64,000 nt of DNA, from the NCBI GenBank assembly GCA_963845065.1, contig CAWJQQ010000003.1:224001-288000 (forward strand), given 5' to 3'. The translations under genes and the position numbers were made by a program. This document shows, one piece after another, positions 19,784 through 28,124 of this stretch (positions are counted from its first letter, which is position 1; every line of letters starts with the position of its first letter). The DNA comes from Nitrospirota bacterium. Its GTDB lineage: Bacteria > Nitrospirota > UBA9217. The notes below the pieces were generated by a model. The model was not told where the DNA came from. It did not search any database and saw only the letters and a program-made list of their open reading frames with translations.

Positions 19784-20422
19784 ATGAAGTTTAAGAACAG
19801 TAAAGGTTTTACCCTGATCGAACTCCTGATCGTCGTGGCCATCATAGCCATTTTGGCGGCCATCGCTATTCCGCAATTCTCGCAGTATCGTATTAGGGGC
19901 TATAACGCTGCTGCAGACAGTGACCTTAGAAACATGAAGATCGCACTTGAAGCCTTCAAGACGGACTGGCAGGTGTATGCAAATCTTCTGCAGGTTGTTC
20001 TCACCCTGTGCCTTTAACCGCCGCTGGCTGCCCGGGCGCGGCTGGGGCTGGGGCTGTACTCACTGGACCGGGAACTGTAATATGGCAATAGCAGTTGCAG
20101 TGGGTTGTATGGCACCTCTCCACCATCCGCGACTGCAGCGATTTTCGGGCTTTCAAACTGGGTAGGTACCGTGATTAACACTGATGCAAATGCGGTTTCG
20201 TATGTCATTGTAACGGGAACTACATCTGGTGACTTACTTTATGGTGCCGACTCTGATACTACCATCAACGAGACAGGCAGGGAAAACCGCTACTGGAACG
20301 GCTGCCCTCTTAACGATGCAACAAGACAAGCAGGAGGGGCTGTGGTCGCAACATCTGGACCGGTCGCAACCGCAAATACTGACGATTTTCTAGCTATAGC
20401 GCCCCCATGGGTTGGCATGTAA
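19784..20422 (+). CDS. pilA: Type IVa major pilin; C-terminal part broken by frameshifts or encoded separately
   Basis: KG/FTLIELLIVVAIIAILAAIAIPQF class III signal; AGGAGG SD; first frame stops at 20017; Gly/Ala/Thr-rich pilin-like sequence continues in other frames to 20422. Confidence 0.85.
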
Positions 20423-20444
20423 TTGTTTTAAGCGACATGATCTC

Positions 20445-20482
20445 ATAAAGAGGCCGAACATCCCGGCCTCTTTATCTTTTTT
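20445..20482 (+). terminator. Intrinsic terminator after the pilin region
   Basis: ATAAAGAGGCCG / CGGCCTCTTTAT stem followed by a T-rich tract. Confidence 0.8.
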
Positions 20483-20519
20483 CAAAATTCCATTTTAGTT
20501 GTAGGAATAAAATTATCCG

Positions 20520-21263
20520 ATGATAAAAATTGCAGGTATTTCCAAGGCGTTTCACGAGGGGATTGCGTCCAAAAGGATCAAGGCGCTTGAGGACCTAGAT
20601 CTAGAGGTCCAAGAGGGCGAGGTCTTCGGTTTCCTTGGTCCCAACGGCGCAGGGAAATCAACGACGATGAAGATCCTGATAAATCTTGTATTTCCGGACA
20701 AGGGCAGCGCTTCTATAATGGGCAAAGATGTCCGTGATAGAGAGACTCGAAGGCACGTTGGATATCTCCCTGAGAACCCTTACTTTTACGATTACCTGAC
20801 TGCAGAAGAATTGTTGTGGTTCGGAGGAAAGGCATCGGGTTTATCAAGTTCAGCACTGAAGAAAAGAACTGATGAGCTACTAGTCAAAGTCGACCTTGCT
20901 GGCTCAAGGAAAAGGCAACTCAGGACCTACTCTAAGGGTATGGTTCAGCGAGCAGGCCTCGCTCTGGCCCTTATCCATGATCCGGATGTGTCTATTCTAG
21001 ATGAGCCGATGAGCGGCCTTGATCCCATTGGAAGAAAAATGGTTAGCGATCTCATTACGGAGCTCAAGGCACAGGGAAAAACGGTCTTTTTCTCTTCCCA
21101 TATCCTTACTGATATCGAACGGTTCTGTGACAGGGTCGGCATCATAATCGGCGGCAGATTGCGATTGGTTGATAGAATTGATCATCTCCTCGCAGGCTCA
21201 GTGAGTCTGGAGGATGTCTTTATGAAGGAAGTGGCTAAGACGAACGGAGATATTGAGGCATGA
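20520..21263 (+). CDS. ABC transporter ATP-binding protein (pilin-associated, PilH/Xap-like)
   Basis: GPNGAGKST, YSKGMVQR, ILDEPMSGLDP, FSSH. Confidence 0.92.
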   Translation: MIKIAGISKAFHEGIASKRIKALEDLDLEVQEGEVFGFLGPNGAGKSTTMKILINLVFPDKGSASIMGKDVRDRETRRHVGYLPENPYFYDYLTAEELLWFGGKASGLSSSALKKRTDELLVKVDLAGSRKRQLRTYSKGMVQRAGLALALIHDPDVSILDEPMSGLDPIGRKMVSDLITELKAQGKTVFFSSHILTDIERFCDRVGIIIGGRLRLVDRIDHLLAGSVSLEDVFMKEVAKTNGDIEA

Positions 21264-22072
21264 CGATTCTTTGGCCGATCGCTTTCATCACTTTGAAAGA
21301 AGGTATCAGGAACAGGGCATTTTATGGCATAGCCATCCTTGCGCTTATGCTGTCAGTCGCAAATTTCCTCATTAGTGGCATGATCCCGCAGGAGGTAGGA
21401 AAAGTAGCTGTAGATTTTGCTCTGTCAACCGTATCTTTTTCCGGTCTTCTACTCGTTCTTTTTGTAGGGATTAATCTTTTGGCAAAGGACTTGGATAAGC
21501 GAACTATTTATATGGTACTTGCCAGACCAATATCCCGGTCGCAGTATATTATAGGTAAATTCATCGGGATGATCCTGCTCATTGTTGCGGTTGTTTTTTG
21601 TCTCAGCATCATTTCCAGCCTTACTATCCTTATGATCAAAATGTCATATCCTGGCTATTTCCCCAGATTTTCTTGGTCAATGGTGCTGTTGGCTCTTTCT
21701 TTTATCACCCTGTCCTTGGTACTGCTTTCCGCGCTCAGCTTTTTTTTCGCATCATTCTCATCCTCGTCATTCATTACTATGGTTCTGACTATCATCTCCT
21801 ACATAATTGGCCAATCCCTCAGCGACGTAAAGGCCCTTGTTGAATCCGCGGAAACTGTCAGCATCCACCCTTCTGCTGTAATCGTTAAATTAGTGCAAGC
21901 AGCCTATTATCTCTTTCCTAATCTGTCTTTTTTTGACATCAAGATCCAGGCTGCCCATGCGCTTCCACTTTCTTCATCATATATTTTCTGGTGCATAACG
22001 TATGGCTTGGTTTATACTGTACTAATAATATGGCTAGCAGCTCTCATATTTAGGAAAAGGGAATTGCCTTAA
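21260..22072 (+). CDS. ABC-2 type permease (PilI/Xap-like)
   Basis: Multiple TM helices, DLDKRTIYMVLARPISR motif; ATGA-coupled to the ATPase gene. Confidence 0.88.
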   Translation: MTILWPIAFITLKEGIRNRAFYGIAILALMLSVANFLISGMIPQEVGKVAVDFALSTVSFSGLLLVLFVGINLLAKDLDKRTIYMVLARPISRSQYIIGKFIGMILLIVAVVFCLSIISSLTILMIKMSYPGYFPRFSWSMVLLALSFITLSLVLLSALSFFFASFSSSSFITMVLTIISYIIGQSLSDVKALVESAETVSIHPSAVIVKLVQAAYYLFPNLSFFDIKIQAAHALPLSSSYIFWCITYGLVYTVLIIWLAALIFRKRELP

Positions 22073-22929
22073 TGGGAAAGCTGTTTACTTCTTGTCTAAT
22101 CGTTATTCTATCCCTTTTGCATGTTTTCTCTTTGGAAAAGGTTGCTGAAGAAGCAAAACGTATCCAGCATGACGAAAGCGCTGCGTATGCAATTCCGTCC
22201 CAGATGTTGAAATTAACTACGCTTGAATTCCATGGTCTTGCCTCTGATTATCTTTTTTTAAAATCTTTAGTTTTCATTGGCAGCACGTTTGAAAGAAAGG
22301 AAAGACCGCGAGTCAAACCGTGGGAATGGAAATGGCTTTATTCCGTCGTCGATGCGTCGACGAGCCTTGATCCTTACTTTCTGGATCCCTATTACTTTGC
22401 GAATGCAAATTTCACTTGGGATGCATTGATGATTGATGAAAATAATCAACTTCTGGAGAAGGGGTGCAAATACAGAGATTGGGACTCCGAGCTACCTTTC
22501 TTTATTGGATTCAACTATTTTTATTTTCTTCAGGATAATTTAAATGCTCGTAAATGGTTGTTGGAAGCATCCAGGAGACCGGGAGCATCTCCGCTCTATG
22601 CTGATCTAGCTGCAAAACTCGCTTATGAGAAGAAACGCACTGAGAATGCCATCAGTTTTCTGGAAGAAATGTCAAAAAGGACGGATGATGAGGCTCTCAG
22701 AAAAAAGTATGAGATACGCTTAGATTTTTTGCGTCAAATACTGAAGGTAGAAAAGGCCATAGCGACATATAAAAAGAAGTATGGTAGAAAACCTGCCGAT
22801 ATCCGTAATTTGGTCCAAACCGGCATGCTGCAAGATATACCGACTGATCCTTACGGTGGACAGATATATTTGGATCTTGAAGGCAAGGTGAAGAGCACTA
22901 GCGAACTTCAATTAGAATTCTTACGGTAG
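22072..22929 (+). CDS. Pilin-locus TPR-like exported protein (PilG-like)
   Basis: N-terminal hydrophobic segment, LDPYFLDPY, GFNYFYFL, C-terminal IPTDPYGG. Confidence 0.7.
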   Translation: MGKLFTSCLIVILSLLHVFSLEKVAEEAKRIQHDESAAYAIPSQMLKLTTLEFHGLASDYLFLKSLVFIGSTFERKERPRVKPWEWKWLYSVVDASTSLDPYFLDPYYFANANFTWDALMIDENNQLLEKGCKYRDWDSELPFFIGFNYFYFLQDNLNARKWLLEASRRPGASPLYADLAAKLAYEKKRTENAISFLEEMSKRTDDEALRKKYEIRLDFLRQILKVEKAIATYKKKYGRKPADIRNLVQTGMLQDIPTDPYGGQIYLDLEGKVKSTSELQLEFLR

Positions 22930-22939
22930 TTACCAAGGA

Positions 22940-23314
22940 AGGATGAGAAAACGACTATTGCTGGCGCGCCCGTCCAGATAAGCTTTCCGCTGCGAATCTG
23001 TCCGTCCGATGTAGCTATCGCGCACGCGGAGTGTGAGGGCAGGAGCGCTGAAAGCGCCGCGTCAGGGCGGTCCTGAATAAAGGGAAGATATTTGATACGG
23101 TGCACTAAAAGACGTTGATAGACAAGTAGTGATGACTTAGGACAAGATCATTCCAGCGCGGCTCTAACCGTGGTTGACTGACGACCTGCAAATCTATCGG
23201 TGGTAACGTAGAGATGGCTCCACGAATAGGCGAGGCATCAAGGGGAAACATATTTTGCTCGCCGCATAGAGATTGCTCACGCACCTTGGTAACATCTAAA
23301 TTACATGACGTCAT
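22940..23314 (-). pseudogene. Remnant of a DUF4338-containing IS4-like transposase N-terminus
   Basis: Fragments LEPRWNDLVLSHHYL and HRIKYLPFIQDRPDAALS in adjacent frames resemble the DUF4338 motif W..L...HHYL....G..LKYL. Confidence 0.5.
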
Positions 23315-23412
23315 GTTGTTTGTCTAAAGAGATTCGTTGTAGTAATAAAAAATATAAAGGTTATATTGATGAACAAGAAAGGGACGCTCGTTTTAAAAAT
23401 ATTTAGAACCAT

Positions 23413-23856
23413 TTAACTGTCTCCTTTTCTCTTCTCCTCACGCCTGATATCCAGTTTTTCCAATTGTTCAATGTTATTATGCAGACGCTCGTTTTCTTTC
23501 CTCAGACCGAGTATCATCCTGAGGATGAAACGCCAGTTCTCCGCATCCTGTAGTTTGGCATGGTTAGGATAACGCTTGACGAATTCATCAAGACTCTGCA
23601 ATGCTTTCGTATAGTCTTTATGCGGATTGTCATACAATGTTTGCACATAAGCGATCTGAAACAAGGAGTCCGCCGCCATGTCCGATCGTGGCGATTGAGC
23701 AATTATATTTTTGAATATTGTGACAGCCTCTTGATATTTCTTGTCTTTTACCAAGGCAGTAGCAGTCTTGTAATCTTTGTCAGGAGCGGACGCAACCTTG
23801 AACGTAGCGCATCCCGCCAGCGCGATCACTGCAATTATCACCAAAACCTTCTTCAC
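23413..23856 (-). CDS. TPR (BamD-like) lipoprotein with C-terminal coiled coil
   Basis: Lipobox LAGC; TPR-like helices (YQEAVTIF, YTKALQSLDEFVKRYP); start overlaps the GGDEF gene stop. Confidence 0.8.
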   Translation of the reverse strand: MKKVLVIIAVIALAGCATFKVASAPDKDYKTATALVKDKKYQEAVTIFKNIIAQSPRSDMAADSLFQIAYVQTLYDNPHKDYTKALQSLDEFVKRYPNHAKLQDAENWRFILRMILGLRKENERLHNNIEQLEKLDIRREEKRKGDS

Positions 23857-25256
23857 CCATTTCTCCTCTTATCCACGACAAAAACACTTTGAGGGATGGT
23901 TTTTGCGTAATCCTTGAGTTCGGCGGCAATCTCCGACGCTTCAAGCGGATTGACGAGATGACGATGTGCATTCGTCACTATGGCGATGGATATGGTCATG
24001 ATAGGGAACTCCATTTCAATGCCCTGCCTCGTCTTACCAAGGATGTAACCGCGCTTTTGGTCATCAGCATCGTAATATGCCGGGATACGTCGATCAAACT
24101 GTTTAATGATCTCACCGGCAATCTCTCGCATAAGATCGGGGGTTGTGATGACGACGAAGTCGTCTCCCCCTACATGGCCGACAAAATCTTCGGAAGTGCC
24201 CGTGGACTTGACCACATTCTCGATGATCTTGGCAGTTTCCTTGATGACCTCGCTGCCGTTTGCATAGCCGTACCTGTCATTGAAAGCTTTAAAGTTGTCG
24301 AGATCGAGTACGCAGAAGGCGACAGGCTGGCTTGACTCCAGCCGTTTTTTCAATACATTTTCGATGGCGATGCCCCCCGGCAGCCGTGTGAGCGGACTTG
24401 CATCAAGATACATCTCTTCTAATTTACGGAGTCGTTTTCCCATGGAGAGAAAAGCTTGCGAAAGGCTGCCTATCTCATCCTCAGTACTAATGCTCGGATC
24501 ATAATCGAAATCACCCTCAGCAATGTGTTCCGTAGCCACTTTTAATTTATGAATGGATGAAGAGATGTGATGGGTTACCGCAAGTCCGGCCAAGGCGCCG
24601 ATGAGAATGCTGAATAGGCAAAGGGTAGCCGTGGTCATAAACGCAGTACCACCGACAAGGCTGATCCCTTTCATTTTTGTATCCTGTGCAACCTTGGCGT
24701 TCACAGACAGTGTCCTTAAAGTGACCAGGAGCTTGTCGAGAACTGTCTTTAGATCACGATTTGATATTGTATAAGCCTGAGTTATGGCCCGTTTCCTGAT
24801 AAGCCGCGTTTCTTTGGTGAAAAGCACTGTGTATTTTGTGTACAGAGTATCAATGGTATTTATCGGGAGGCTGTCGTGATCTGGCAGGTTCCTGAGGATG
24901 TCGAGCCAACTTTGAAATTCCTTCCCTCGTTTAGCAAAAAGGTTTTTCATATCAGAGCTTTTAAGGATCAGAAAACTTTTTTCGTATGTGTCCTGGGCCA
25001 GCAGGGCGTCAAGCATCTTATCGGATGCCTCTTCCACGATGATGTCGACTTTGACTATACTTTTATTCAGGGTATTGATCCGTTGCAGGCTGACGAGGGC
25101 ATACGCTACGACGATGACGGTAAGCACGACTAACGTCATGTATCCCAGAAGCATTTTATTTGCAATAGACAAACGCGAGATAAGCGTGGTAGGGACTAGC
25201 TTGTCTAGTACCCTGAGAATAAGAGGTTCTGACATTTTTGATAGCCTAGAAATCAC
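23853..25256 (-). CDS. Membrane-bound HAMP-GGDEF dinucleotide cyclase
   Basis: Two TM segments, helical periplasmic region, HAMP (HIAEGDF...DEIGSLSQAF), DLDNFKAFNDRYG, GGDDF. Confidence 0.9.
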   Translation of the reverse strand: MISRLSKMSEPLILRVLDKLVPTTLISRLSIANKMLLGYMTLVVLTVIVVAYALVSLQRINTLNKSIVKVDIIVEEASDKMLDALLAQDTYEKSFLILKSSDMKNLFAKRGKEFQSWLDILRNLPDHDSLPINTIDTLYTKYTVLFTKETRLIRKRAITQAYTISNRDLKTVLDKLLVTLRTLSVNAKVAQDTKMKGISLVGGTAFMTTATLCLFSILIGALAGLAVTHHISSSIHKLKVATEHIAEGDFDYDPSISTEDEIGSLSQAFLSMGKRLRKLEEMYLDASPLTRLPGGIAIENVLKKRLESSQPVAFCVLDLDNFKAFNDRYGYANGSEVIKETAKIIENVVKSTGTSEDFVGHVGGDDFVVITTPDLMREIAGEIIKQFDRRIPAYYDADDQKRGYILGKTRQGIEMEFPIMTISIAIVTNAHRHLVNPLEASEIAAELKDYAKTIPQSVFVVDKRRNG

Positions 25257-25304
25257 ATCCCAAGATTAACAAATAATAATGGCATTGTCAATAATATTAT
25301 GGAT

Positions 25305-27305
25305 TTATGGCGCTTCATCCTTGATTGTGGTATCAAAAATGAAACCTCCGGATTCATCACAGAATTGGTGTGGTTCCGTACCTTCCAGATAGGCTTCACG
25401 AATTGAATTGTGGCAGCGCTCGGTGCTTAAAAGGCCGTTCTTGGGATCAACCTGCTTGAAGACAATCCCGTCCGGTACAGGGAACTCTTCGGCGTTGCGA
25501 TCGGAATGTGCCTTTTTCATGAATTCGAGCCAGATGGGAAGTGCGGCCCGCGCACCGGTTTCCTTCCGTCCAATGCTCGCCTCATCATCGTATCCTACCC
25601 AGACTCCCGCCACCAAGCTTGGTGTATAACCGACAAACCAGGCATCGCGATAATCGTTCGTGGTTCCGGTCTTCCCTGATGCGGGTCTGTCGAGCTCCTG
25701 CGCTTTCCATCCGGTGCCGTGTTCAATTACTCCTTCTAAAAGATAGGTAACAAGGTATGCGGTCTCAGGTTTTATGACTTGTTCCGGCATGGCGTCATTC
25801 GTATAGAGGACATGGCCTGCACTATCGGTAATCGACAGGATTGAGACCGGACCTAATTTCACACCGTGGTTGTCGAAGACGGCAAAAGCTGATGTAAGCT
25901 CGGCCAGTGTAACATCGGAACTACCGAGGGCAAGCGGTAAATAGTGGGTAAGGGGACTTCTGATGCCCAGCTTTCTCGCATATCGAATAATTTCATCTGT
26001 TCCAATCTTATCGACAAGCCTAACTGTGGGTACGTTTAGCGATTGTTCCAGGACTCTTCTCAGTGTAACTGGTCCCTGGTAGGTGTGCGTAAAGTTCTCA
26101 GGAGCCCAGTCTTTGTTGCGGTTTACGGTTATTGATAATGGTGAGTCGTCGAGAATGTCAGACGCACTATATCCGTGTTCTAGTGCCGCAGCGTAGATGA
26201 TCGGTTTGAAAGCTGAACCAGGCTGCCTGAGGGCTTGCAATGCGCGGTTAAACTGACTCTGGCTGAAATCACGCCCACCAACCATAGCGCGTATACATCC
26301 TGTCGTCGGATCTATGGCAAGTAGGGCAGACTGGAGTCGTTGGGATGTTCGCGGTTTCCCGTTTTGAGTCTCAATGTTCAAGAGGCCAGATTGCACAGCT
26401 TGTTCTGCGTAGGCCTGGAGATCATCGTTGATGCTCGTGTAGATATTCAGCCCGCCTGAATAGAGAATGCTCGATCCGAAGCGCTCCTCAACCTGTTGCC
26501 GCACATACTCGACGAAATACGGTGCACGACTCACAGTTTTAGAAGCTACTTGAATTGGGAGTGGTGCTTTCTTGGCCTCTTCTGCCTGTTCAGTGCTGAT
26601 GACCCCCATCGCGACCATCCGATTCAAAACATAAGCGCGTCGGCCGAGAGCGCTGGTCGGTGATTTAAACGGCGAGTAATACCGCGGCGATCTAGGGAGC
26701 CCCGCGAGTAAGGCGCATTCAGCGAGATCCAAGTCTTTGGCATGTTTCGCATAGTATATTTGTGCTGCTGCCTCGATGCCGTAAGCGCCGCTGCCAAAAT
26801 AGATTTGATTTAGATAGAGTGTTAGTATTTCCCGTTTGGTATACCGTTGTTCGATCCGGAGTGCCAAGACCATTTCTTTGAGCTTTCGCCAATAACTCCG
26901 CTCAGGTGTCAGGAATAGAACTTTAGCAAGTTGTTGCGTGAGCGTGCTGCCTCCCTCTAGAACCTTTCTCGCCCGGATGTTGCGAAACATGGCCCGGATG
27001 ACGCCATGTAGATCTATTCCGAAATGCTGGTAGAACCGCGTATCCTCGGTAGCGATGAGCGCCTTGATCATCATGTCGGGAACATCATCGAGAGCCACAG
27101 GTGTACGGTTTTCCAGGAAAAACTCGGCAAGCAGTCGGTTGGAATCGGAATATAGGCGGGATGTGATATTCGGCTTGTATTCTTCAAGCCTCTTTACATC
27201 CGGCAGGTTCCAAACGGATAAAATCATGAAGCCCATCGCGCCGCCGATGAAGACGACTGCCAGAGTCAGTAATAGATAGAAGAACAAAGTTTTCCCACGA
27301 CGCAT
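25305..27305 (-). CDS. Class A penicillin-binding protein (PBP1A family)
   Basis: EDTRFYQHFG, GGSTLTQQLAK, RKLKE; transpeptidase motifs SAFK, SLN, KTG. Confidence 0.93.
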   Translation of the reverse strand: MRRGKTLFFYLLLTLAVVFIGGAMGFMILSVWNLPDVKRLEEYKPNITSRLYSDSNRLLAEFFLENRTPVALDDVPDMMIKALIATEDTRFYQHFGIDLHGVIRAMFRNIRARKVLEGGSTLTQQLAKVLFLTPERSYWRKLKEMVLALRIEQRYTKREILTLYLNQIYFGSGAYGIEAAAQIYYAKHAKDLDLAECALLAGLPRSPRYYSPFKSPTSALGRRAYVLNRMVAMGVISTEQAEEAKKAPLPIQVASKTVSRAPYFVEYVRQQVEERFGSSILYSGGLNIYTSINDDLQAYAEQAVQSGLLNIETQNGKPRTSQRLQSALLAIDPTTGCIRAMVGGRDFSQSQFNRALQALRQPGSAFKPIIYAAALEHGYSASDILDDSPLSITVNRNKDWAPENFTHTYQGPVTLRRVLEQSLNVPTVRLVDKIGTDEIIRYARKLGIRSPLTHYLPLALGSSDVTLAELTSAFAVFDNHGVKLGPVSILSITDSAGHVLYTNDAMPEQVIKPETAYLVTYLLEGVIEHGTGWKAQELDRPASGKTGTTNDYRDAWFVGYTPSLVAGVWVGYDDEASIGRKETGARAALPIWLEFMKKAHSDRNAEEFPVPDGIVFKQVDPKNGLLSTERCHNSIREAYLEGTEPHQFCDESGGFIFDTTIKDEAP

Positions 27306-27509
27306 GTGAGGCATTATACACCGGCTGCGTAAAAATGCAAAGTACCGGAGATGGATAGTAATGCTCTTGAGTTTTCTTGGTCAACATGTTATGATTCTCC
27401 CGCTTCAAAACGGTCTGTAAACGTTCTTGGATAACATGGGATTATAGTTGCTCGAAAGGACCTGGCGTTAAGCCGACAGCAGTCAAATCAAACGGAAACG
27501 GAGTGCATC

Positions 27510-28040
27510 CTGAACAAAGGTCTGATCATCGTATTTACCGGAGATGGGAAAGGGAAGACGAGCGCTGCCCTGGGAATCGCTTTGCGTGCTTATGGCCATA
27601 AAATGTCCGTCTCCGTAATCCAATTCATCAAGGGCACTAGACCGACTGGAGAGGCAAAGGCTTCGGAACGACTGGCTCCTGAACTCGAATTCATTTCTCT
27701 AGGGAGTGGATTCGTTAACTGTTTAGGGGACATGAAACCTCTGTCAGAGCACAAAAGGTCTGCGGCCAAGGCCCTGGCACTCGCACGACAGCGAATATTG
27801 TCGGGATCCTGGGATATTATCGTGCTCGATGAGATCAATACCGCGGTAGCTCTCGGCCTCATAGATGTCAAAGACGTCCTTGACCTGCTAGCGAAGAAAC
27901 TACCGACTATGCACTTAATCCTTACTGGCAGGAATGCCTGTCCTGAGGTCATTGAAGCAGCCGACCTGGTAACGGAAATGCGTAATATCAAACACCCATA
28001 TGATCGCGGTATACGCGCTCAGAAGGGGATTGACTATTAA
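27510..28040 (+). CDS. cobO: Cob(I)yrinic acid a,c-diamide adenosyltransferase; probable CTG start
   Basis: In-frame extension upstream of the listed ORF gives GLIIVFTGDGKGKTSAALG; QFIKG, VLDEI, LILTGR, ADLVTEM..IKHP. Confidence 0.9.
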   Translation: MNKGLIIVFTGDGKGKTSAALGIALRAYGHKMSVSVIQFIKGTRPTGEAKASERLAPELEFISLGSGFVNCLGDMKPLSEHKRSAAKALALARQRILSGSWDIIVLDEINTAVALGLIDVKDVLDLLAKKLPTMHLILTGRNACPEVIEAADLVTEMRNIKHPYDRGIRAQKGIDY

Positions 28041-28124
28041 AAGAAAATTGACATTGCAGGGGTGACATGCTACCATATCGTAAAATTAAGTATACGGCTA
28101 CCATTATATGACGATATTCAAGGG

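Noticed and set aside
19975..20422. Diversity-generating retroelement or silent pilin cassettes
   Set aside because: No reverse transcriptase, template repeat or second pilin copy in the window.
22908..23314. Druantia anti-phage system (DruA/DUF4338)
   Set aside because: Only a short decayed fragment and no other dru genes; better explained as a transposase remnant.
27396..27509. Cobalamin riboswitch before cobO
   Set aside because: No B12-box or GGGAA...GCCCCC/ACTG pattern, and the leader is short.
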